Of a stretch of 64,000 bases of DNA, positions 42,726 to 51,572 are shown one piece after another (positions within the stretch are counted from its first letter, which is position 1; every line of letters starts with the position of its first letter). Origin of the DNA: Escherichia phage teqsoen; sequence record MN895436.1; one strand, 5' to 3'. Made by a program: the position numbers and the translations under genes. Below the pieces are notes generated by a model, which ran no database searches, was not told the DNA's origin, and was given only the letters and a program-made list of their open reading frames with translations.

Positions 42726-43361
42726 TCACAGTTCAGATGCTACGGTGATTACTGCTTCAATGTTTTCTGCCGAGCGTTTAATGTCAAGATACACATTACC
42801 GTTTTTAGCGATTTTACATGACATTCCGATATCAGTAAATTTCTGAATATGGTGTTCCATCATTTTGTATCCAAAAATTCGCATATTTCCATTGTTATTA
42901 ATTTCAAAATTACGAATTCCGTGAGTGCGTTTTTCTAAAATAGCAAGATAGTTACTGCGGTAAGTTTCAACCTTTTTAAGAACAAATCCATTTTCATCTA
43001 AAAGTTTTAACATGAGGTCTTTATCTTCTTCCATATCAGAAGTAATCTCGCGAGCTTTACGAGTTGCTCGTTTTTTCAGCAGTTCCGGAGCATTTTCCTG
43101 TGCATATAAAGTTGCTGCGTTTGAAATAATATCCTGAGCTTCACCTGTAATGATTAATCCATCACCAGATTTCTCCACCAGGCCTTTTTTAATCAATACC
43201 CCAATATTACTATTAACTACTGCGTTACCTAAATCTGGATGCACCTCACGAACTTCTGCAGCTGTAATGAAATCTTTCTTAGCAATAGTAATTAAAATCG
43301 CAGCAGTTTTTTCATTCAGAACATCGTTAGAAGCTTTGATGATGTAAGTTACTTTAGACAT
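42726..43361 (-). CDS. motA: Middle-transcription activator MotA
   Basis: 211 aa, MSKVTYIIKASNDVLNEKTAAILITIAKKDFITAAEVREV. Confidence 0.95.
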   Translation of the reverse strand: MSKVTYIIKASNDVLNEKTAAILITIAKKDFITAAEVREVHPDLGNAVVNSNIGVLIKKGLVEKSGDGLIITGEAQDIISNAATLYAQENAPELLKKRATRKAREITSDMEEDKDLMLKLLDENGFVLKKVETYRSNYLAILEKRTHGIRNFEINNNGNMRIFGYKMMEHHIQKFTDIGMSCKIAKNGNVYLDIKRSAENIEAVITVASEL

Positions 43362-43402
43362 TTTCTAATCTCCGTAATTCTGTATCAGTAGTTGATAGTT
43401 GT

Positions 43403-43431
43403 ATAGTACCACAGTATGCTTTGGTTGTAAA
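43403..43431 (-). promoter_or_regulatory. Early promoter for motA (-35 TTTACA, TGG-extended -10 TACTAT)
   Basis: Conserved early promoter module 40 bp upstream of motA ATG. Confidence 0.55.
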
Positions 43432-43451
43432 CCGTTTTGTGAAAAAATTTT

Positions 43452-43482
43452 AAAATAAAAAAGGGAGAGCCTCGGCTCTCCC
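43452..43482 (-). terminator. Intrinsic terminator (GGGAGAGCC-UCGG-GGCUCUCCC plus U-tract)
   Basis: Perfect 8-bp GC stem, minus-strand T-tract (plus aaaataaaaaa). Confidence 0.65.
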
Positions 43483-43487
43483 TAAAA

Positions 43488-43637
43488 TTACTGCATGACT
43501 GTGATAACTGTCATGATAACACGTTGAATGCCGAACGCAAGAAGACCTCCTGCTACGGCTGGAACAACACCTACCCCCGCTAGTAAAATTCCGCCAGATA
43601 CTAATGCTGCGCTTGTAATACCTATAAATGGACTCAT
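43488..43637 (-). CDS. Small hydrophobic membrane protein (49 aa), translationally coupled to gene 52
   Basis: ATGA overlap with gp52 stop; sequence MSPFIGITSAALVSGGILLAGVGVVPAVAGGLLAFGIQRVIMTVITVMQ. Confidence 0.45.
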   Translation of the reverse strand: MSPFIGITSAALVSGGILLAGVGVVPAVAGGLLAFGIQRVIMTVITVMQ

Positions 43638-44962
43638 TTGATTTCCTCTAAATCTTTAGTGTATTCAGTAACTACATCAGTAGTTTTCCAATATTCGTTT
43701 TCTTCTTTTTTAGCTTTAGCTTCTTCAGCAAGTTTCTTTGCTTCATCAGAAGTCATATGAAAAATATTCATACCAACTAGTTTATCAACATAAGAAGAAT
43801 ACATCTCAATTTTAGAAAGTTCTTCAGTCAGTTCTTTGCGAGTTTTACCCTGTACAACGATTTCACCTGAAATTACTTTCTTAATGAAATGTGCCTTGGC
43901 AAAGGCTAAACGAAAAGCTGACTCAGTTTCTTTGATTTTGTTATCAATTCGTTTTTGGACATAAGTTTTACGAACTTCAACAAAGTCTTTAATTAAATCA
44001 ACTACATTATCGTAAACTTGTAGTTTTCCTTTCTCATTAATAACCGTAATATTCTGAGAACGACGCTCAATCAACCCGAAGTCTTTCATAATTTTTGCAT
44101 GGCGTTCTTCTTCATTATCGCTCAAAGAATATTCTTTACGGAATTTAACTTTGAATCCAAAACCGTGCTCACCGCAAGCATCATCCCATGTAATGAAGCC
44201 TTTATCTTCAAGTGGGTCTAAGATTTTACTCACATAAGTTTCACGATCATACTTATATGGAATCTCAGTGATATGCATTTGAGTTCGTGAAGTAAACTTA
44301 TATGTTCCGCGAATTTCATATTGACCATCAATCTCAACGACTTCACCACGAAATTCTGGGAATTCTACCTTCGGTTTAGTTACTTTCTTTCCTTGAAGAG
44401 CTTGCAGTACAGCTTTCTTGACAGAAGAAACACTATGAGGAAGAATGTAAGTTGCATAACCAGTTGCAATACCGGAAACACCATTAAGAAGAACAGTAGG
44501 AATAATAGGCAAATAGAAAGCAGGCGGAATGTGTTCTTTATCTTGATGTACCGGGGCATATTCAGTATCTTTATATACGTTATAGAAATTTTTACTTACA
44601 CGAGCAAAAATATAACGACTTGCTGCTGCTTTTTGGACGGTACGAGAACCAAAGTTTCCTTGACCGTCTAACAGAGGAAAGTTATTATTCCAAGTGTTAG
44701 CCATCAAAGCACCTGCGTCTTGCGCAGAGTTTTCACCATGATGATATCCAAGGTCCGCTACACCGCCTGCGATAGAAGCGAGTTTGTGAAACTTATCTTT
44801 ATTTCCTCGTGCCAAATCAAGAGCTCGAGCAATAACAAATCGTTGAACTGGCTTAAATCCGTCAATCATATTTGGGATAGCACGATTTTCAACCGTGTAC
44901 ATAGCATAAGCCAATGCTTCATTATCAATGATACTTTTTAAATCGCGATTATTCAGTTGCAT
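43634..44962 (-). CDS. 52: DNA topoisomerase II medium subunit gp52
   Basis: 442 aa; type II topoisomerase A-subunit-like N-terminus MQLNNRDLKSIIDNEALAYAMYTVENRAIP. Confidence 0.95.
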   Translation of the reverse strand: MQLNNRDLKSIIDNEALAYAMYTVENRAIPNMIDGFKPVQRFVIARALDLARGNKDKFHKLASIAGGVADLGYHHGENSAQDAGALMANTWNNNFPLLDGQGNFGSRTVQKAAASRYIFARVSKNFYNVYKDTEYAPVHQDKEHIPPAFYLPIIPTVLLNGVSGIATGYATYILPHSVSSVKKAVLQALQGKKVTKPKVEFPEFRGEVVEIDGQYEIRGTYKFTSRTQMHITEIPYKYDRETYVSKILDPLEDKGFITWDDACGEHGFGFKVKFRKEYSLSDNEEERHAKIMKDFGLIERRSQNITVINEKGKLQVYDNVVDLIKDFVEVRKTYVQKRIDNKIKETESAFRLAFAKAHFIKKVISGEIVVQGKTRKELTEELSKIEMYSSYVDKLVGMNIFHMTSDEAKKLAEEAKAKKEENEYWKTTDVVTEYTKDLEEIK

Positions 44963-44966
44963 AAAT

Positions 44967-45107
44967 TTACCATACTAGTGAATGTAGTGCCATAATAACA
45001 TCAGAAATGAAAAGCACGACTTGAATTAATCCGAACATTACTCCATAATATAGTGCTACCAATAAAGTAGCAAGGGCTAGTGAATAGCCCAAGATTTTCT
45101 TAATCAT
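44967..45107 (-). CDS. Small membrane protein (46 aa)
   Basis: MIKKILGYSLALATLLVALYYGVMFGLIQVVLFISDVIMALHSLVW; start overlaps upstream ORF stop. Confidence 0.4.
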   Translation of the reverse strand: MIKKILGYSLALATLLVALYYGVMFGLIQVVLFISDVIMALHSLVW

Positions 45108-45258
45108 TAGTAGATAACAACACAAATGTTAAATATGCACACATACCCTGGGCTAAAGCTTGTGAAAACACACTGCTAGCATCGATACAGATAGTTAAAA
45201 CACATGCTACTATCCAACAAATAAATGAAATAACTCCTAATAATTTTGCGATATTCAT
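45100..45258 (-). CDS. Small membrane protein (52 aa)
   Basis: MNIAKLLGVISFICWIVACVLTICIDASSVFSQALAQGMCAYLTFVLLSTND; GAGGAAAAT SD. Confidence 0.4.
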   Translation of the reverse strand: MNIAKLLGVISFICWIVACVLTICIDASSVFSQALAQGMCAYLTFVLLSTND

Positions 45259-45265
45259 ATTTTCC

Positions 45266-45346
45266 TCACTGGCGTCCGAAGACGCCTTTAGTTTTAAGAT
45301 TATTACGATAGAACTGCATCACATGTTCGTTATGGAAATTACTCAT
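45266..45346 (-). CDS. stp: Stp peptide (26 aa; host restriction-modulating peptide that triggers PrrC anticodon nuclease)
   Basis: Translation [26 protein letters not shown] matches recalled T4 Stp; ATG overlaps ndd stop (TAATG). Confidence 0.8.
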
Positions 45347-45804
45347 TAATATGCCTGCAAAACAAATTTAAAGTTATCAGCCAACATACGGTTCATTTCT
45401 TCAAGTGTTTGATAATCAGAATGATGATTACGAGTAAACGCTAAAGCTAACTGTCCTTTTCCAAATCCCGTCGTCAGAGGTTTCATCTTAGAAGCAGGCA
45501 GATAAAATACTGTGTATGGAACATTGTTATTTGCAATAGTACGCGCAAGCTGAGACCGGCGTTGACGAATATGACTTAGAACTGCGCTGAATCCTTGCTT
45601 AGAACGCTGATTACCTACATAAAATCGTGCAGACACACATGGATTATTAAATGGACGACCATCTAATTTACTCACTAAAAAGTAAAATCCAGGTTTAGAT
45701 AAAAAGTCTTTATGTGGAACTCCCAAAAACCATTCACCGTTCTTGATTGTACCAATAACGGTAGCGCCTGCATTATTCAGATCAGTAACAGTCATGTATT
45801 TCAT
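45346..45804 (-). CDS. ndd: Nucleoid disruption protein Ndd
   Basis: 152 aa from ATG at [21 protein letters not shown] with AGAGGAAA SD; track ORF extends 16 codons upstream. Confidence 0.88.
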
Positions 45805-45864
45805 ATTAATTTCCTCTAAATTATTTTCTACTCCAAGGCCGCATGAATACACGCGGCCATTAAA

Positions 45865-46080
45865 TTAATCGTCGCAGTCGACGCTCAATTCCCAAAACTC
45901 TTCTACAGCATAAGTTTCAGTATCATTTTCAATACAGAAACGTTCATTACTGTTATTTGCTAAAGTAGCATTAACTGTCGGTTTCTCGCTAGTGCTCTTA
46001 AGAGGTGAAATACGAATTAACTGATCACCGTTATCTAAACAGAAAATTTCACCAACTTTTACATCTTTAAAACTTTTCAT
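45865..46080 (-). CDS. Hypothetical protein (71 aa)
   Basis: ORF upstream of ndd. Confidence 0.45.
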   Translation of the reverse strand: MKSFKDVKVGEIFCLDNGDQLIRISPLKSTSEKPTVNATLANNSNERFCIENDTETYAVEEFWELSVDCDD

Positions 46081-46195
46081 AATTCACCTCAAGGAGTATA
46101 AAATCCAAATGCAGTTGTTGACCATCCCATCCAATACGGAAAATTTGCACCAATGTAAAACATAAGAATATAAAACCAAATGTTTAGTAAATTCA

Positions 46196-46393
46196 TCATT
46201 TTACACCATTCCAAATTGTTTCAACTACGGATTTTAAACCATTCTGATGAATATCCATTCCGACTACCGCCATCAAATAGATTCCAACTACAACTGAACC
46301 TAAGGCAAAAATCAGCATGAAAATGAATAAAGCCGGAAAAATATTATCGAAAAACCATTCAATAAATGTAAAAGCACCGCGTTTACGCTTCAT
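46196..46393 (-). CDS. Small membrane protein (65 aa from SD-associated ATG)
   Basis: Track ORF trimmed to M8; hydrophobic stretch IFPALFIFMLIFALGSVVVGIYLMAVVG. Confidence 0.4.
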   Translation of the reverse strand: MKRKRGAFTFIEWFFDNIFPALFIFMLIFALGSVVVGIYLMAVVGMDIHQNGLKSVVETIWNGVK

Positions 46394-46400
46394 ATTTTCC

Positions 46401-46514
46401 TCACATAAATCCAAAGTAAACGTTTAATACATCAATCATTAAAACGATTGGGAATATACTCAAAACTATTAGTATTATAACTACATTCCATATAGCTTTA
46501 ACAATCTTTTTCAT
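46401..46514 (-). CDS. Small membrane peptide (37 aa)
   Basis: MKKIVKAIWNVVIILIVLSIFPIVLMIDVLNVYFGFM with GGAGGAACAGAAA SD; promoter 46543-46571 upstream. Confidence 0.4.
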   Translation of the reverse strand: MKKIVKAIWNVVIILIVLSIFPIVLMIDVLNVYFGFM

Positions 46515-46542
46515 TTTCTGTTCCTCCGTAGTTGATAGGGTA

Positions 46543-46571
46543 ATAGTACCACGGAAGAACAGTCTTGTAAA
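46543..46571 (-). promoter_or_regulatory. Early promoter (-35 TTTACA, -10 TACTAT)
   Basis: Conserved early promoter module. Confidence 0.5.
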
Positions 46572-46579
46572 CAACTTTT

Positions 46580-46678
46580 TTAAAAATATTCGTAATAAAT
46601 GTGAATACCAACTACTACCGCTGAAACTTGCACAACCCACCACGCACAAGCAATAAGTACAGAATTCAAAATTTTCAT
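46580..46678 (-). CDS. Small membrane peptide (32 aa)
   Basis: MKILNSVLIACAWWVVQVSAVVVGIHIYYEYF; ATGA overlap with upstream ORF. Confidence 0.35.
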   Translation of the reverse strand: MKILNSVLIACAWWVVQVSAVVVGIHIYYEYF

Positions 46679-46761
46679 AATAACCTCATCACAAAAGTAA
46701 ATGTTAAACAAATTACTGGAATACTAATTAACCAAACAAAACACCACCATAATGAACTCAT
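46675..46761 (-). CDS. Small membrane peptide (28 aa)
   Basis: MSSLWWCFVWLISIPVICLTFTFVMRLL; ATGA overlaps with both neighbours. Confidence 0.35.
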   Translation of the reverse strand: MSSLWWCFVWLISIPVICLTFTFVMRLL

Positions 46762-47021
46762 AGCTCAATCTCAGCGATTTTCATTTCACTACTATTAATA
46801 GCCGCTTTAAGACTATCTGAAAGAATTACATTCCAGTGGTCATTCATATGACCATTAACTAAGCGTGTAATTTCTTCAGGAGTTGAAAAATAAGGCTGAT
46901 CAGACTCCCAATGCGATAATCCTAAGCGAGTATAAATCATGCCTTCATCATCGCTAGAATATTCAACTGACACAAACTCATCAGTTATTTTATGTTTAGC
47001 GTAATAAAATTTAAATTTCAT
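46758..47021 (-). CDS. Hypothetical protein (87 aa from SD-associated ATG)
   Basis: Track ORF trimmed to M32 (MKFKFYYAKHK) with GGAGGAG SD; promoter 47049-47077. Confidence 0.5.
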   Translation of the reverse strand: MKFKFYYAKHKITDEFVSVEYSSDDEGMIYTRLGLSHWESDQPYFSTPEEITRLVNGHMNDHWNVILSDSLKAAINSSEMKIAEIEL

Positions 47022-47048
47022 TTTTACTCCTCCGTAGCTGATAGTTGT

Positions 47049-47077
47049 ATAGTACCACGGTCCTTGTGGTATGTAAA
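47049..47077 (-). promoter_or_regulatory. Early promoter (-35 TTTACA, TGG-extended -10 TACTAT)
   Basis: Conserved early promoter module. Confidence 0.5.
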
Positions 47078-47095
47078 CCATTTTGTGAAATTTTT

Positions 47096-47653
47096 TTAAA
47101 TGGAAAGATACCATCCGTTGTAGTTGCTTTTTCTTACAACCTTACGAAGGTCTTCTCTGTCACCGATGAACTTCGGAGTGTACTGGATGACACCTGGATG
47201 AATTTCTTTAGTGTTGAATATAATTATACAGTCAGCGACTTGATGATTTAGAATGGGCCCTAGATTTATTCCAGAACCGTATGGATACTCTCCGCTGCAT
47301 CCTGTTGTTACAGAAATCCAACGTGAGTCAGTTTGGTGTGTCTTAACTTCTACACGAAGCCCGCAGTATCTTGGATGCGCCAATACATCCCATGCGTATG
47401 TATACGGGTCATTAACATCCTCTTGGCCTTTATTAACATACCCGCTTAACCAATCTGCTACAAAAAATTCTGCGTACACAGCGATACGACATCTTTCAAT
47501 AACTTCTGCTTTATCCTGGTTCGGGTTTTGTTTTAAAGAGTATCTTGCTGTATCAGCAATTTTGACCTTCATTTCACTAGTCAAGTCACTGTTCGATAGG
47601 GTAAATGTCGGAATCTGAAATAGTCTCTGTAAACCCGGATTCGTTTTCTGCAT
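47096..47653 (-). CDS. denB: Endonuclease IV
   Basis: 185-aa ORF (T4 DenB length) between ndd region and rIIB. Confidence 0.8.
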   Translation of the reverse strand: MQKTNPGLQRLFQIPTFTLSNSDLTSEMKVKIADTARYSLKQNPNQDKAEVIERCRIAVYAEFFVADWLSGYVNKGQEDVNDPYTYAWDVLAHPRYCGLRVEVKTHQTDSRWISVTTGCSGEYPYGSGINLGPILNHQVADCIIIFNTKEIHPGVIQYTPKFIGDREDLRKVVRKSNYNGWYLSI

Positions 47654-47915
47654 TTAGACTTTCCTTTTTACCACTGAGATAGGCGTTATATACTTTAAGA
47701 GTGCCATAATAAATTCGGTCATTTTCATCTAAAGACTCGCGGTCAAGTTCATCGAGCTCCTTTTTATCCATGACTATAACATCATTACAGTAAAGAAACC
47801 CAAGTTTTTCGTGACCAAACTCAAATTTATTACAGTACACAATATTAGCGTGATGATTTCCGTGCAGTTTAATCTCTTTTATGTCGGAATCACCGATATT
47901 CATACAATAAATCAT
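47586..47915 (-). CDS. Hypothetical protein (109 aa)
   Basis: ORF overlapping denB start; UUCG hairpin upstream at 47927-47946. Confidence 0.45.
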   Translation of the reverse strand: MIYCMNIGDSDIKEIKLHGNHHANIVYCNKFEFGHEKLGFLYCNDVIVMDKKELDELDRESLDENDRIYYGTLKVYNAYLSGKKESLNAENESGFTETISDSDIYPIEQ

Positions 47916-47951
47916 AATTTTTCCTTAAAACAAAAGGGCCGAAGCCCTTAT

Positions 47952-48146
47952 TTATTTGAATTGTGCAATTCTTTTCTCTAGACATTCAGCATAAGATTTC
48001 ATTGAGATGAACTGTGAAAGTAGCAATTCTTGCTCAACTGCACTAACTGTTAGAAACTTTGCGCTTTCTAAAAATTTGCTCAGTGCATTAATTTTGAGCA
48101 TTAATTGATCGTATTCTTCTTTTACTCGTGCTTGATAACCTAACAT
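47952..48146 (-). CDS. Hypothetical protein (64 aa)
   Basis: ORF between two GGGCCGAAGCCC hairpins. Confidence 0.4.
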   Translation of the reverse strand: MLGYQARVKEEYDQLMLKINALSKFLESAKFLTVSAVEQELLLSQFISMKSYAECLEKRIAQFK

Positions 48147-48174
48147 AATTTTCCTTAGTTAAGGGCCGAAGCCC

Positions 48175-49113
48175 TTATTTAAATTGTTCAGTAACGTCTT
48201 CAACTACTTCGTATTGGCAGGTACGCATTTTAGCATCGTTGTAATCAATCGGAATTGATACTACATCACGCGGATGTACTTTAACTTTTACGACTCGGCT
48301 GGTTGAACTGCCAAAGTGACGAATATAAGATTTAGAACACACATGCAGACCACGAGAACAAGTTTGTGTATCATCGTCATTCACACGAGTACGTGGCATT
48401 TTAACTACTTTACCCGGACTGTTATCAAAGGTGTTTGAGTGACAGTCAAAGTAATTGCTGCGAACTACTTTCCAAGCATAGAAGTAACCATCTTCTGTAA
48501 TTTCAATATCGTTTGCTACCAAGAAATCAAAGAGTCGAGATACCGCTTTTTGGCTTGGGTTTTCCAGCAGATTTTCCAAGAACGGGAAATAAAATTCAAA
48601 GTTTTCGCCTTTTTCCATCGAGTCAAGAATACGATCAACTAAACCAGACCGCAATTCAATATTTTGATAGAACAAGCTTCCACCTTCAATTCGAACATCA
48701 CCGGAAATATATTTTTCAACAGCGCGACGAACATTAATTTTTTGTGCAGCTTCTTCCAGCTTATCCGCTACAAGCAGATTAAGAATTTCCTGGAAGTTTG
48801 AATGAGTATTAGGAGTTGCGTTATAAGTTACACCGTCAACAGTAATTGAAATGAATTTTTTAGATGCATTCCAAATAATGTCAGATTTAGCAACTGGAGC
48901 AATAACTGCATCGCTATTAACTTTAACTGTAATATCACCACTAATAGTAACTTTAGGGCGTTTAGCTTCTTCAGCATTTTTCAAAACACGACGGATTGTG
49001 TCAACCGATACACCTTGCCAATCAGCCAATTCCTGTTGGGTGTAATTACCGCTTGAATACAGTTTAACAATTTCAGCTTGTTCGTTTTTGGTCAGGCATT
49101 TAATATTGTACAT
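48175..49113 (-). CDS. rIIB: rIIB membrane-associated protein
   Basis: 312 aa, N-terminus MYNIKCLTKNEQAEIVKLYSSGNYTQQELADWQGVSVDTIRRVL. Confidence 0.95.
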   Translation of the reverse strand: MYNIKCLTKNEQAEIVKLYSSGNYTQQELADWQGVSVDTIRRVLKNAEEAKRPKVTISGDITVKVNSDAVIAPVAKSDIIWNASKKFISITVDGVTYNATPNTHSNFQEILNLLVADKLEEAAQKINVRRAVEKYISGDVRIEGGSLFYQNIELRSGLVDRILDSMEKGENFEFYFPFLENLLENPSQKAVSRLFDFLVANDIEITEDGYFYAWKVVRSNYFDCHSNTFDNSPGKVVKMPRTRVNDDDTQTCSRGLHVCSKSYIRHFGSSTSRVVKVKVHPRDVVSIPIDYNDAKMRTCQYEVVEDVTEQFK

Positions 49114-49124
49114 AATTTTCCTTA

Positions 49125-51302
49125 TTAGGCCGCAAGGGCCTTCATAGTTTTAGCGATTTGGGAAACTTCATCATCACTTAAAGAACTGCGATATCCGATG
49201 AAGTCGGAAACAATACGGAATTTCTTGGTAAACTCAGCAACCATTTTATCACTGTTTTTTGAAGCATTATTTGATAGTACATCAAAAAGATTAGTTACTG
49301 TCCAGATGTCATGACCAATGGTATCTTTTCCACCATTAAAATATACGCCGCGCAATGAACTAACTATATTAGCGAGTCGTGTATATTCTTCAGAAACTTC
49401 ATCTGTACTGAAGTACTTCATCATAAAATCTAGTTCAGGATACTTGATAATTTTATCAATATATCGTTGAGCTGAACTTGAATAACCTACGTACTTATCA
49501 TAATCTACATCATCAAAAGCATCTACATATAAATCACGCAGAGTTTCAAAAATACATTGGCACTGACCGAGTTCTTTTACCTTTTTCTGTAAAAGCGGAC
49601 GAATAACATAAAATTCATTAATGCCAATAAGATTAGCCATACGAATCAAAATATTCATAGATGGATGACAAAGAGATGTAGTACCATCCATAGAGAAAAT
49701 ATCAGAACGATGCATATACGCTACATAACCAGTAATTTCATCTGCTTCTGATGTGAGCGTAAATAGTTCCTCTTTTTCCCAACGCCCGTCTTTAATTTCA
49801 AACTTAAATGCTGTAGCAGCTTTAGGGCGAGGAGCTTTACTTTTAACTACCTTTGGAATATAGCTTTTAACTAAAGCTTCAATTTCTGACAAATAATGAA
49901 TGTTAACTTCATCACTTTCAAACATCGCTATAATATCAGGAAGCAAATCAATCTGCGATTCTACTTCTGGATTAATAAACAGAAGGCGTTCGTTATGATG
50001 AATATTCAAAGTGTTATTAAATTCACTATCATCTAACGCATGTGCTAATCCACGGACAATATTAACACGATTTTTAATATTATCAATAACAATATTAATT
50101 TTTGTTGTATTAATACCAAACAGACGATAACTTGATGCAACGGCTGAAGTTTCATGACTTTGCTTAATGCGTTTCAGTCGAGGGTCAAGATTTACTTCAT
50201 ACACAACTCCTGCATTGCATAACTTACTGTCAGGTTCAAACATGCTCTGCATCTTTTTATATGACAGATTTTTAGTCGTGAATTTGACTGAATTACTAAT
50301 CATATAATCTCGAGCAGAATATCCCATCTTCATCAATTCACGATATGTGTGACGAGGAGATGTAGATTCTTTAAATCGCTTTACATCTTCATTAAATGCT
50401 TTCTCACTGAGTTCTTTAACTCGTTCAATAATATTTTTACGAGTACGATCATCCAGTGAAAGAGCCTCACGAGATGGAGCAATATCAAGTGAACCCATTG
50501 GAAACTTAATGTAATTCACTTCATTGCGAATGCTTAGCCAGTTACGGTCTCTAATAACACCATCGATAGGATAAACAATACCGCCATAGATAGCATATAA
50601 TCCACCGCGATCAGGCCAGTATCTTTCTGGATTTACGCCATAATAATCATCAAAATCCGGAAAATAATCAATTTCGCGGTCAAGACCATTAATGATAGCC
50701 AAATCTTTGAATGGTCGCATGATATAAGAAACTTCATAAGCAAAGTTTCTAAAGTCTTTTTCTTCAACTGGAACTACGATTTCAATACCAGTTTTATCAT
50801 TTGGACCCATTTCTTTTACGAATGTAGGTTTAATTTGTGGACCATCGCCATCCATGTAAGCTACATAACCACGAATTTCACCTTTATGATACGAAGTAAT
50901 ACTAAATGTATCAGTATAACTAAACGGAGATTTAGAACCTAACCCAAATCCGCCAATGAAATCGTTAGATTCAGCCTTAGATGAACTGAAGTATGAATTA
51001 TACAAACCAGGAGAATTATCATCACCCTGAATATCAAAATCACTCATACCCGGACCAAAATCTCGACAAACAAATCGTGGGTCTAAACGTCCAGGAATTT
51101 GTATGATAAATTTTTCAGGATTTCCATTAAGTGCATGAGCATCAATCATGTTAGTAATCAATTCACGGACTACTGCGCGAATCTTGTTTGTATACAAATC
51201 AGATGATAGAATTTTAAATACTTTAGGATTTGCTGCGATGCTAAATGCTTTTGATTTAGAACCATTACCAAGAATTGTTTCTTTTTCAGTGGTGATAATC
51301 AT
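49125..51302 (-). CDS. rIIA: rIIA membrane-associated protein (ATPase-like fold)
   Basis: 725 aa, N-terminus [55 protein letters not shown]. Confidence 0.95.
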   Translation of the reverse strand: MIITTEKETILGNGSKSKAFSIAANPKVFKILSSDLYTNKIRAVVRELITNMIDAHALNGNPEKFIIQIPGRLDPRFVCRDFGPGMSDFDIQGDDNSPGLYNSYFSSSKAESNDFIGGFGLGSKSPFSYTDTFSITSYHKGEIRGYVAYMDGDGPQIKPTFVKEMGPNDKTGIEIVVPVEEKDFRNFAYEVSYIMRPFKDLAIINGLDREIDYFPDFDDYYGVNPERYWPDRGGLYAIYGGIVYPIDGVIRDRNWLSIRNEVNYIKFPMGSLDIAPSREALSLDDRTRKNIIERVKELSEKAFNEDVKRFKESTSPRHTYRELMKMGYSARDYMISNSVKFTTKNLSYKKMQSMFEPDSKLCNAGVVYEVNLDPRLKRIKQSHETSAVASSYRLFGINTTKINIVIDNIKNRVNIVRGLAHALDDSEFNNTLNIHHNERLLFINPEVESQIDLLPDIIAMFESDEVNIHYLSEIEALVKSYIPKVVKSKAPRPKAATAFKFEIKDGRWEKEELFTLTSEADEITGYVAYMHRSDIFSMDGTTSLCHPSMNILIRMANLIGINEFYVIRPLLQKKVKELGQCQCIFETLRDLYVDAFDDVDYDKYVGYSSSAQRYIDKIIKYPELDFMMKYFSTDEVSEEYTRLANIVSSLRGVYFNGGKDTIGHDIWTVTNLFDVLSNNASKNSDKMVAEFTKKFRIVSDFIGYRSSLSDDEVSQIAKTMKALAA

Positions 51303-51312
51303 AATTTCCTCA

Positions 51313-51516
51313 TTAATTCATATTACGCTTAATAACTTCAGCAACTTCTAGTAGTTCATCTTTAGTTGCGGTGTCGGATTGAATTTTATCTCTAATATCT
51401 TTAAAGCGGTTTTTAAATTCTTCGGCTTCTCCCATATCGAAAAAGCGTTGAATGATTCTATATTCTCGATGAACTGCTTTATCAAAAAGTTCTAAATTTA
51501 CTTTATATGATTTCAT
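51313..51516 (-). CDS. Hypothetical protein (67 aa; rIIA.1 position)
   Basis: ORF upstream of rIIA with promoter 51542-51572. Confidence 0.5.
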   Translation of the reverse strand: MKSYKVNLELFDKAVHREYRIIQRFFDMGEAEEFKNRFKDIRDKIQSDTATKDELLEVAEVIKRNMN

Positions 51517-51541
51517 TCCAATATCCTCATTTGCCCAATTA

Positions 51542-51572
51542 ATTATACCACATCCTTGTGGTAAAGTAAACT
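51542..51572 (-). promoter_or_regulatory. Early promoter (TGG-extended -10 TATAAT)
   Basis: Minus-strand GTTTAC...TGGTATAAT. Confidence 0.5.

Noticed and set aside
43455-43482. GC-rich palindromes as REP/MITE-like mobile repeats or CRISPR repeats
   Set aside because: Each is a single short stem-loop at a gene boundary with variable sequence; no regular spacing, no spacers, no transposase; better explained as terminators or RNA-stabilising hairpins.
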